A DNA stretch of 64,000 bases from assembly GCA_951406725.2 (NCBI GenBank), contig OX597815.1, positions 73,098,001 to 73,162,000 of the forward strand, given 5' to 3'. The stretch is from Octopus vulgaris. Taxonomy: Eukaryota. Below the pieces are notes generated by a model. The model had not been told where the DNA came from, made no database searches, and saw only the letters and a program-made list of their open reading frames with translations. The position numbers and the translations under genes were made by a program. Shown here piece by piece: positions 28,718 to 39,437 of the stretch (position 1 is its first letter; each line of letters begins with the position of its first letter).

Positions 28718-29620
28718 AAAGCGGCGAGCTAGCTGAATCGTTAGCACGTCAAGCGAAATGCTTAGCAGCATTTCGTCCGTCTCGCGTTCTGAACACAAAT
28801 TCCGCCAAGGTCGACTTTGCCTTTCATACTTTCGGGCAGTGGCGGCTTATGTATAGGCACTGTGGAACTGCAGCACCACTATTTCCACTCGATATTATCG
28901 ATAGCATTCCTTTTTTCTTTAATTCTTTTCTTCATACTTGTTCATTATATAATCCTTAAACTTAATGTCAGTAGCCATCCCCTAGTTTATGAAAAAAATA
29001 CAAAAATCATTGTATAGAACTGTGCGCTTCAAAGTTCCAGCGACGCAGAGGTTGGCTGTTGTGCGCATGCTCACATGTCCGAGATAGGAAGCTGCACACT
29101 ACGGAGAGAGTAGGGTGGTTCACGCAGTGCTGACCCTGGTGTCCTGGTGCAAGATAGAGTTTTTCTTTTTGACTCCGCGTGTGTTGCGTGTTATTTTCTT
29201 GAATGTGATAAAGTGTAGAATTAGATTATTATCCTGCTTTCAGCTACAGTGTTGCTGCCAGGATTTGAAAAATAGGGCTGATTCCCACCCCTTATTTTGT
29301 GATTTAGCAGGGATTTTTGAAAAACAAAAGGGAATTCATGGCGGTGTTCAGTGAACAAATTAAACACACTACCCGGCAGTAGCTAAAACGCAAATCGATC
29401 AAATTTATGTATGTTTTCTTTTTATATGTTTGTTTACTTTTACACAATATTAAAACAACAGCTAAAAATTTTCTGAAGCAGCACTCCCACTAATTTTATC
29501 TACGAGCCACCACTGCTTTCAGAATCGATAAAATAAACACCCGTTGAAGATCGGGATCGATGTGATCGACTTACACCCTTCTCCGAAGTTGCTGGCTTTG
29601 TGCCAAAATTTGAAATCAGT
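28718..29620 (+). mobile_element. SINE family B interrupted by a hAT MITE
   Basis: Head at 28718-28836; the body resumes at 29516 ('ctttcagaatcgataaaataa...gatgtgatcgact...gctggctttgtgccaaaatttgaa'). Confidence 0.8.
28837..29515. mobile_element. Non-autonomous hAT element (679 bp) with an 8-bp target-site duplication
   Basis: TIRs cagtggcggct / agccaccactg; flanks ctttcggg (28829-28836) and ctttcaga (29516-29523); cleanly splits a SINE. Confidence 0.85.
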
Positions 29621-30275
29621 ATTACATACATAGATAGTAGATCTAATATGATGGCAGTTCCTTCTTGACCGAAGATCATGAAGAAGAGCAGTACCCCCGA
29701 AAGTTACTATGTAAACCGAATCGTGACGCTGCAGGCCTTTTTCTTCCTGCCTGAGCCTAGTAGTTTTAAAGTGAGAATCAGTCCTCACAATCTGATCCCA
29801 TTTGGTGGGTCTGACTTGGATGTCTGACCACAGGGGCTCAGATGGCTAAGACAGCTGCGGTGACCAGTAAGCTGTGGGTTTTACATCGGAGTGACCTCGT
29901 CTTAGGTGAATTATGTTACAGGGATGGAGGGCTCCATCTACGCTGGAGTTGCTGGATGGGTGTCAAAGAGGGCACAGGGCAACCCGAAGACTTTACTATT
30001 AAGAGTGACGCGACTCGACTTCTCCGTTCCCACACCACTCACAAGGCAGTGAGAGAGTTTGTGCTTAGAGTTTCTTCCGTAAGATGCTAATTAACCCTTA
30101 ACCGGGACCCTGGTAAGTGATACTATTCTGGGTCGTAGTTGACCTGGGAACAATAGTAGCAAAGAGATTGTTTCACGCTCCTCAAACTCTGGAAAGCCAG
30201 GACCAGGGTCCCACTATTGGATGCAGTTTAAAGTCATTCACAGGGGATATATCTAATATGAATAATATAATATGA

Positions 30276-30453
30276 AGGCGCAGACGTGGCTAGGTGGTAA
30301 GAAGCTTGCTTCCCAACCACACCGTTGCAGGTTCCGTTCCACTGCCTGGCACCTTGAGCAAGTGTCTTCTACTATTGCTTCGGGCCGACCCAAGTCTTGC
30401 GAGTGGATTAAGTAGATGGAAACTGAATTAATCCAGTCGTATATACATGTATG

Positions 30454-30500
<47 letters not shown>

Positions 30501-30700
30501 TCCCTCACCACCGCTTGACAACTGGTGTTGGTGCTTTTACGTCCCGTAACTTAGCGGTTCGGCAAAATAACCGATAGAATAAGTAACAGGCTTGAAAAAA
30601 AAATTACTGGTATCGATTCATTCAACAAAACATTCTTTAAGGCGGTGCCCTAGCAAGACCGCAGTCTAATGACTGAAACAAGTAAATGAAAGATAAAAGC
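30276..30700 (+). mobile_element. SINE family A, full-length (tRNA-like head, CORE-like 'ccttgagcaagtg' block, internal (TG)n)
   Basis: 'aggcgcagacgtggctaggtggtaagaagcttgcttcccaaccac...ggcaccttgagcaagtgtcttctact...gtctaatgactgaaacaagtaaa'; multicopy in the window. Confidence 0.9.
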
Positions 30701-30887
30701 TACAATACACGAAAGATCATAAATCATGTCCCATAAACACAAGACTATCAGATGAAAACACAAGGGCGCTGCCATGTGGAATGACGTCTCGGAAATTGAG
30801 ACCCATTTAGGTTTGAAGTCACCGGGAGTTCAGATAGCGACTTCGAAGAAATTCAAATTGTATTTCATATTTCTTAAGCTCTGTATA

Positions 30888-30921
<34 letters not shown>

Positions 30922-31399
30922 TTTATGTGACTGTGTGTGTGTATGATGTAGGCTGCAGCAGTTACAATAGACGCTGCTCTACCAGCTAAACTTCAGTATA
31001 TATGTATATACGCACACACATATAATATAGTTATATAATATACATGTATGTGTATGTATTATCTCCCCATATATAAATATACATACATACATATATACAC
31101 ACACACACACACACGAGGCAATGACCTTGAAACCGGTTCGTATGTAGCATCCGTATCTTCGGGGAGGATAACCTCCCTTTACAGGCAAACGAGGACACCG
31201 ATATGGTGTCAGTCCTTCTGGTGACGTTGATGATCGCCTGGGGCTAAAAGCATCAGTAACACTCCTACCACCCCGCCCTGTCCCTAGCCACATTCAGATG
31301 GCTGATCCCCCTTACGTTATATATATATATATAAAGAGAGAGAGAGAGAGATACACACACACGCATTCACACACATATATGTATGTGTGTGTATCTTTT

Positions 31400-31765
31400 A
31401 TTTGCTTCAGTCATTTGATTGCGGCCACAATGAGGTACCAACATAAAGAACTTTTCTCAAATGAATCAACTGTAAGTCTTTTTTATTTTCCAAAGTCTTA
31501 GCGTAAGTTGCCGAGACATAAACACACCAACACCGATTGTCAAGCGTCGGGGTGGAGAACGCAAGCACAGACACAACGATACACACACATAATATATACA
31601 AGACAGGTTTTTTTTCAGTTTCTGTCTACCTAATCCACTCACAAAGTTTTAGTCGAACTGAGGGTACAGTAGAAAACACTTACCCAAGGTACCACGTAGT
31701 AGGACTGAACCCGGTACCATGCGGTTGGGAAGTAAACGTTTTACCTCACAACCACACCTGCGCCA
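31400..31765 (-). mobile_element. SINE family A
   Basis: Ends in 'accacacctgcgcc', the reverse complement of the head. Confidence 0.8.
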
Positions 31766-31855
31766 ATTGTATGTATATATATATATATATATATATGTAT
31801 AAACTTCATTTTATATTTAATTTATCTCTCTTCATAGATATATATACATATCTAA

Positions 31856-31919
<64 letters not shown>

Positions 31920-32200
31920 TATCTCTCCATCTGTGCGCGTGCATGTATGTATACAGTTTCTATTGTATTACTGGAGACTTTGAGACACTTTCTGATGAAT
32001 TCTCCAGAAAGCCAATAGAAGTAGTCCGCTAAGTGCCACTTATCATTAAATACATTAATTTATATACACACACTCTACTATATATACATATGAATATGTG
32101 TATATGCTCTACTTGATGTATTGAGTGCCTTATTTTAATTGTTGTTCCCTCCGTTTCTAGCCAATTACCAACTACAATTATACATACTTATATACGTACG

Positions 32201-32252
<52 letters not shown>

Positions 32253-32272
32253 ATAGAGAGAGAGAGAGAGAT

Positions 32273-32369
<97 letters not shown>

Positions 32370-33191
32370 ATACATATATACATACACGCGTACATGCACA
32401 CATGCGTATACACACATACGTACACACACACACACACACATACTTACATGTATTTATGGTATATGTTTGGAAGAGATGGGTGAATGGATGACTGGGTATT
32501 CTACACAATGAAGACAATGGCGATACATTGAAACCTATTGAATGTGTGTAAAGATGGTATTAGAGGAAAAAAATAATGAAAATTTGAACAGAATTTGAAG
32601 AAAAACTGAATAAAAATGGATAAAGAACGGAGAGAAAAAAATGAAGAAATGATAAAATCTGAAAAGACAAGAAAGAAAACGAATAAAAATGAAGGAGAAA
32701 ACAAATACGAAAGGATAAATAGATAGGAAATAGGATGAAAATATTAAAAGTAGAATGAAGGTAGAAAACAAAAATGAGACGCCAGGAAAATAAAACAAAG
32801 ACTTAGATGACAAAGGATATACGTAAGTGAAGGGGAGGGTTCATGGAAGTGGTAGTGGGTGAAAGATGTATAAAGAGGCGGAGAGTGAGTGAAGGTGTGA
32901 GTTAGAAAAACGGAGGGAAAGATTGGGAGAAAGAGTGGGGGAGAAGAGAGATATAATGGAATGAATATTAGAGTAAACACTGTCTTGTCTACAGTATTTC
33001 TGAAATGACTATGCGCAGTAATATATTAATACAAACGTATATACATGTGTATATATACATGGCTGAGTGGCTAAGAAACTAGCTTTGCTACCACGTTGTT
33101 TTGGGTTCAGTCCTGAAGCCCATTCCATATATATATATATATATATGGCGGTACATCAGCATGGCCGCAGTTCTGAGCTGAAACAAAACAA

Positions 33192-33238
<47 letters not shown>

Positions 33239-34266
33239 ATATATATATATATTTAAAAGGAGATGTGGGACACGAGTTGTGATATATAAAAAAAGGAAAT
33301 GAAGAAAATGCTGACAAAATAATTTAAGTAAGGGAGAGTGTATTTAATTAGATGAAAGTTCTTTTTACCGGTTGCGCATTTGTTATGCCTATCAAAAGAT
33401 ATTTTTTAAGAGAGATAGAGTTCCTTTCTGATAGATTTTTTTCTCTTATCTGACTTTATGTTGGGTTTGCTGTCTCTTATATGTGAAAAAAGAGGCTCCA
33501 GAGTTGTTTAAGATTTGCTTGGTTTCGCGCCTAAAATTTCTTGTGGACAATGGTCAATACAATTTTGATTGGTCATTATAAAGGGGTCACGTGAATGTTT
33601 GAATGGAGAAGTTGGTGTTGGGGTAAGAAAATAGGCTCCAGAGATGTTAAAATTTGGCTAGTGTCGCGCCTAAAATTTCTTATTGGTCATAAAAAGAGGT
33701 CACGTGGATGTGGTCATAATAGAGAGGCCACGTGAATGTTTAGAATAAATGTTGGTGTGGGTGGTGTATGGAGTTTTCGAAAATAGCGTTGTTGAAAATT
33801 CTTATTGTTCAGGCTGGTCAGTAGACGTCATGTGGATATTTTAAATAGCTTTTTAGCGCGTAGTTAAGGAGTGTATTTTCCGCTTGACTGAATTTGAGCT
33901 GGATAAGTAAGTTCGTTTAGGACAGGAAGAGCTATATGTATGTATGTGTGCGCTGTGTGTGTGTGTGTGTGTGTGTGTGTTTATATGTATGTTGGATCGC
34001 GCGCGCTTGTATATATGTGTGCGTGTGTGGGTACAATTTTCAATATTTATAGTTCTGCTGGCCTTGTGCCTGTATCGGGAAGCAACGTGTTTGTGTGAAG
34101 TCAATATTTACAGTCATTTCCAAAAAATGGTGTTGGATGTTTTGCACCCGTATCAAATTATGTGTATGTGTGGAACCATATATTTGCGTGTGTCATGGTG
34201 TTAATATCTGGGTAAAAGTGTGTGTAGGGTGTGTGCAGGTGTAAGTGTGTTTGTTGTGGGTTCGTG

Positions 34267-34731
34267 TTAGGGGGATGTGTTTAGAAGTGGTCTGTATTTA
34301 TTAATAAGGTGGGATTCCATGGTTATTCGCTGGGTATGAGTGGCATTGTCTTTAAATTTGTAGAGGGGAAAGATTCTAAAATTGGGATGAAGTTGTGCGG
34401 CACAGGTATCAATATGTGCACTAAGTGCTATTTTTCTGTATTCCTGTATTTTTATTTGGGATCTGTGGACAGTCATGCGTTGGCGGAGGCTATTTTTAGT
34501 TTGGCCTATGTAGTGTTCATTACAGCCCGAGCAAGTTAAGACATATACTAGGTTTTCTGATGCGCATGTGAAGTTGTGTTTTACTGTGAAACGTTGCCCT
34601 TGTTTAAAAAGGAATTCCGGACCTTCTATTAGGTTGATGCATATACCACAGTTGGGTCTATTGCATTTGTTTACTGTGGGTTTAGTTGTTGTGGTTGGCA
34701 GTACTTTGGCATTTGTTAGGATGTTTTTCAA
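34267..34731 (-). pseudogene. Inverted duplicate of the PLE GIY-YIG endonuclease domain
   Basis: 154 aa essentially identical to the C-terminus of the 35084-36193 ORF. Confidence 0.9.
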
Positions 34732-34746
34732 TGGGACGATCTAGAT

Positions 34747-35139
34747 ATGCTCAACCACCTCCCCAATACACTTCTTGCTGAACAAACCCTGCTAGTAACA
34801 TTCGATGTAGTTAATCTTTACTCCAACATCCCCCACAACCTAGGAATAGAAGCTATCCAATTTTGGCTGGATAATTACTCCAACGAACTCCCACACCGCA
34901 TCAAAAAGGAATTTATTTTAGAAGGACTCAAATTCATCTTAGAGAATAATTTCTTCACCTTCAACAACAAATTCTACAGACAGAAATCAGGGACGGCAAT
35001 GGGAACGGAAACAGCTCCCACTTACGCCAACCTAGTCATGGGATACCTGGAAATCACCCTCTATAATAACGTTCTTAACCAATGTGGCACCACTCTCCAC
35101 ACACACACACACACAGAAGAACTGGAAGAGATATCTTGA
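34747..35139 (+). CDS. PLE reverse transcriptase, N-terminal part (5'-truncated; frameshifts in a (CA)9 run)
   Basis: LVTFDVVNLYSNIP, NFFTFNNKFYRQKSGTAMG and APTYANLVMG are PLE RT motifs. Confidence 0.9.
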   Translation: MLNHLPNTLLAEQTLLVTFDVVNLYSNIPHNLGIEAIQFWLDNYSNELPHRIKKEFILEGLKFILENNFFTFNNKFYRQKSGTAMGTETAPTYANLVMGYLEITLYNNVLNQCGTTLHTHTHTEELEEIS

Positions 35140-36193
35140 TGACTGCTTCATCCTTTGGCCCGAAACCATCGAGAAGCTTAAAGAATTTCACACCCTTATA
35201 AATGGGCTCAACGCAAACATTATTTTCACAATGGAATACAGCCCTCAACAAATTCCCTTCCTCGACATCCTCATTAAAATTCACAACAAAAAAATAGAAA
35301 CAGACATATACTACAAGCCCACAGACTCCAAGCAATACCTCCCTTTCAATTCATGCCACCCTAGACACGTTAAAATTAACATTCCCTACAACTTAGCCAA
35401 GAGAATTTGCACTATAGTCTCCAATAAAAACACCCGTCTCTTACGTCTACAAGAACTTAAGGACACATTAACAAGCAGGGATTACCCCACGTCACTAATT
35501 GACAATGGGATCCAAAGCGCCCTAAAACTCAGCACACATGAACTTAGACGCCCTAAACCTGTTACATCGAAACCCCATACTCTACCATACATCTCTACAC
35601 ACAACCCCCTCAACAATGAAGCTTTTGACACCATCCTCCAGAACATTCCTGTATTAAAAAAGGACCATAGAATGAACCAAATCCTCCCAACACACGAAAT
35701 CATAAAGAGCAAAAGGCAACCCAAATCATTGAAAACCATCCTAACAAATGCCAAAGTACTGCCAACCACAACAACTAAACCCACAGTAAACAAATGCAAT
35801 AGACCCAACTGTGGTATATGCATCAACCTAATAGAAGGTCCGGAATTCCTTTTTAAACAAGGGCAACGTTTCACAGTAAAACACAACTTCACATGCGCAT
35901 CAGAAAACCTAGTATATGTCTTAACTTGCTCGGGCTGTAATGAACACTACATAGGCCAAACTAAAAATAGCCTCCGCCAACGCATGACTGTCCACAGATC
36001 CCAAATAAAAATACAGGAATACAGAAAAATAGCACTTAGTGCACATATTGATACCTGTGCCGCACAACTTCATCCCAATTTTAGAATCTTTCCCCTCTAC
36101 AAATTTAAAGACAATGCCACTCATACCCAGCGAATAACCATGGAATCCCACCTTATTAATAAATACAGACCACTTCTAAACACATCCCCCTAA
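35084..36193 (+). CDS. PLE RT C-terminal part + Cys-rich linker + GIY-YIG endonuclease (Neptune-like architecture)
   Basis: WKRYLDDCF, IPFLDI, YYKPTD..YLPFNSCHP, CNRPNCGIC, NLVYVLTCSGCNEHYIGQT..LRQRMTVH, E..LI..Y.P.LN. Confidence 0.93.
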   Translation: MAPLSTHTHTQKNWKRYLDDCFILWPETIEKLKEFHTLINGLNANIIFTMEYSPQQIPFLDILIKIHNKKIETDIYYKPTDSKQYLPFNSCHPRHVKINIPYNLAKRICTIVSNKNTRLLRLQELKDTLTSRDYPTSLIDNGIQSALKLSTHELRRPKPVTSKPHTLPYISTHNPLNNEAFDTILQNIPVLKKDHRMNQILPTHEIIKSKRQPKSLKTILTNAKVLPTTTTKPTVNKCNRPNCGICINLIEGPEFLFKQGQRFTVKHNFTCASENLVYVLTCSGCNEHYIGQTKNSLRQRMTVHRSQIKIQEYRKIALSAHIDTCAAQLHPNFRIFPLYKFKDNATHTQRITMESHLINKYRPLLNTSP

Positions 36194-36475
36194 CACGAAC
36201 CCACAACAAACACACTTACACCTGCACACACCCTACACACACTTTTACCCAGATATTAACACCATGACACACGCAAATATATGGTTCCACACATACACAT
36301 AATTTGATACGGGTGCAAAACATCCAACACCATTTTTTGGAAATGACTGTAAATATTGACTTCACACAAACACGTTGCTTCCCGATACAGGCACAAGGCC
36401 AGCAGAACTATAAATATTGAAAATTGTACCCACACACGCACACATATATACACGCGCGCGCCCCAACATACATAT

Positions 36476-36517
<42 letters not shown>

Positions 36518-36629
36518 CGCACACATACATACATATAGCTCTTCCTGTCCTAAACGAACTTACTTATCCAGCTCAAATTCAGTCAAGCGGAAAATACACT
36601 CCTTAACTACGCGCTAAAAAGTTATTTAA

Positions 36630-36980
36630 AATATCCACATGACGTCTACTGACCAGCCTGAACAATAAGAATTTTCAACAACGCTATTTTCGAAAACTCC
36701 ATACACCACCCACACCAACATTCATTCTAAACATTCACGTGGCCTCTCTATTATGACCACATCCACGTGACCTTTTTTATGACCAATAAGAAATTTTAGG
36801 CGCGACACTAGCCAAATTTTAACATCTCTGGAGCCTATTTTCTTACCCCAACACCAACTTCCATTCAAACATTCACGTGACCCCTTTATAATGACCAATC
36901 AAAATTGTATTGACCATTGTCCACAAGAAATTTTAGGCGCGAAACCAAGCAAATCTTAAACAACTCTGGAGCCTCTTTTT
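36630..36980 (+). promoter_or_regulatory. Candidate PLE pLTR promoter: duplicated module with E-box, CCAAT and E2F-like motifs (mirror copy at ~33490-33835)
   Basis: CACGTG at 36736, 36764, 36874; CCAAT at 36783, 36895; GGCGCGAAA at 36936; TGACGT at 36640. Function is inferred only. Confidence 0.4.
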
Positions 36981-37171
36981 TCACATATAAGAGACAGCAA
37001 ACCCAACATAAAGTCAGATAAGAGAAAAAATCTATCAGAAAGGAACTCTATCTCTCTTAAAAAAATATCTTTTGATAAGCATAACAAATGCGCAACCGGT
37101 AAAAAGAACTTTCACCTAATTAAATACACTCTCCCTTACTTAAATTATTTTGTCAGCATTTTCTTCATTTC

Positions 37172-37213
<42 letters not shown>

Positions 37214-38085
37214 ACACACAGAGGGTTGGCCAAATGTCACCCGACAGTAAATCAAAATTCCATAAATACTATCATTAATTCTGTATTGACTCGAATGGAA
37301 AAATGTGCCACTCAAGAAGGCTTTCCGTTTGAACAATTTTCATGCTGTTTCATATTTAGATACTTTTATTATATTCATTTAGTTGTTAAACATAAATAAA
37401 TCTTGAAATTAAATGGTTTTGATTTACTGTCAGGTAACTTTTCACCAACTCGAACTGGTAACTTCCACTATTCCTTGCTATGGATTATCATCAAACATTC
37501 TCATTTGAAGCTGCTTTTGAATATTACCTATAACTGTGTTTTCCATTTGAACATGGATCTATCTAACGCATTCCTATTCTATTCTGATCCTTCCACCATT
37601 CTTGACAAGCTGGAATGCACTAATATCCTCGATTGGGGACTTTCCCTTATTTTTACATTTTTCTGACTTTTCCCACTCTAATGACGGGATACTCAATATG
37701 ATGATTCACACACTTGGCTATTCCAGAAACAGCTGTAAGAAACTCTGTTGTATATCTATATCCTCTATCTAATTGAATGTCTTTTTCAAGATATGCCAAA
37801 CGCTTTGGTTTTTCATTCTTACTTTAACCTATATCTACCAACTCCAGGAAAAACCAGCTCTAACCTCTTCTGATAGGCAGTCTCAACATCACACATTCAA
37901 TTGTAGTTCAGACCGGAGTTTTAGAGGTAAACCAAGCTGAGCACTCATAGTACATACCTATTACTTTAAATCAGTTGACGAATACTCCCTACATATTCTA
38001 TATAATATATATATATATATTTTATATATATATATGTAATATATATATATATATATATATATTTTTTATATATATATAATATATA

Positions 38086-38143
<58 letters not shown>

Positions 38144-38355
38144 GAAATATTAAAATAACTAAGTCTCTCTAAAAGAGAACAGCGGCAGCGTTCCCGGAAA
38201 ATAATAGTTATCGCCATACTAATATGGCATTCTTATAAAAATAAGAAAAAAGCTGTCCGCTTATTAGCTCCATGAGGCCATCGCCTTAAGTTAGCTATTT
38301 GATACACAAACTGTATCCATATAACCTTCGAACAAGGGAGGTCAGTCGATCCACA

Positions 38356-38426
38356 CTACTTGACCGGCAGCTACAGACGCGTTTCGGGGTATTGCCCCTT
38401 TTCAATGCAGCGTAGCCAGCCAGTAG
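38356..38426 (-). ncRNA. Type I hammerhead ribozyme (U3:A8 variant), copy 1
   Basis: Reverse complement of 39215-39285. Confidence 0.85.
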
Positions 38427-38717
38427 GTGTCGCTTCCGACAATCTCTGTTCGATGGTTTTATTTACCTAGTTTCGGTGGAATACATCCACTTGTTTTCAA
38501 TAATAGAAATATTAAAATAACTAAGTCTCTCTAAAAGAGAACAGCGGCAGCGTTCCCGGAAAATAATAGTTATCGCCATACTAATATGGCATTCTTATAA
38601 AAATAAGAAAAAAACTGTCCGCTTATTAGCTCCATGAGGCCATCGCCTTAAGTTAGCTATTTGATACACAAACTGTATCCATATAACCTTCGAACAAGGG
38701 AGGTCAGTCGATCCACA

Positions 38718-38788
38718 CTACTTGACCGGCAGCTACAGACGCGTTTCGGGGTATTGCCCCTTTTCAATGCAGCGTAGCCAGCCAGTAG
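38718..38788 (-). ncRNA. Type I hammerhead ribozyme (U3:A8 variant), copy 2
   Basis: Identical to copy 1, offset by 362 bp. Confidence 0.85.
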
Positions 38789-39214
38789 GTGTCGCTTCCG
38801 ACAATCTCTGTTCGATGGTTTTATTTACCTAGTTTCGGTGGAATACATCCACTTGTTTTCAATAATAGAAATATTAAAATAACTAAGTCTCTCTAAAACG
38901 TCTGTAGCTGCCGGTCAAGTAGTGTGGATCGACTGACCTCCCTTGTTCGAAGGTTATATGGATACAGTTTGTGTATCAAATAGCTAACTTAAGGCGATGG
39001 CCTCATGGAGCTAATAAGCGGACAGCTTTTTTTCTTATTTTTATAAGAATGCCATATTAGTATGGCGATAACTATTATTTTCCGGGAACGCTGCCGCTGT
39101 TCTCTTTTAGAGAGACTTAGTTATTTTAATATTTCTATTATTGAAAACAAGTGGATGTATTCCACCGAAACTAGGTAAATAAAACCATCGAACAGAGATT
39201 GTCGGAAGCGACAC

Positions 39215-39285
39215 CTACTGGCTGGCTACGCTGCATTGAAAAGGGGCAATACCCCGAAACGCGTCTGTAGCTGCCGGTCAAGTAG
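39215..39285 (+). ncRNA. Type I hammerhead ribozyme (U3:A8 variant), copy 3; predicted cleavage after C39265
   Basis: CTACT-GGCTGGC-tac-GCTGCA | TTGAAAA | GGGG caata CCCC | GAAAC gc GTC^ | TGTAGC-t-GCCGGTC-a-AGTAG: extended helix I, helix II and palindromic helix III all pair. Confidence 0.87.
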
Positions 39286-39437
39286 TGTGGATCGACTGAC
39301 CTCCCTTGTTCGAAGGTTATATGGATACAGTTTGTGTATCAAATAGCTAACTTAAGGCGATGGCCTCATGGAGCTAATAAGCGGACAGCTTTTTTCTTAT
39401 TTTTATAAGAATGCCATATTAGTATGGCGATAACTAT

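Larger units (their letters stand above)
33292..37175 (+). mobile_element. Penelope-like element (PLE), 5'-truncated, with an inverted copy of its 3' 1.45 kb upstream (head-to-head)
   Basis: 33292-34733 is a near-identical reverse complement of 35727-37175; an RT + GIY-YIG reading frame lies at 34733-36193; (TA)n on both flanks. Confidence 0.95.

Noticed and set aside
37219-37345. Possible Tc1/mariner terminus ('cagagggttggccaaatgtcaccc')
   Set aside because: No partner TIR or transposase remnant found nearby.
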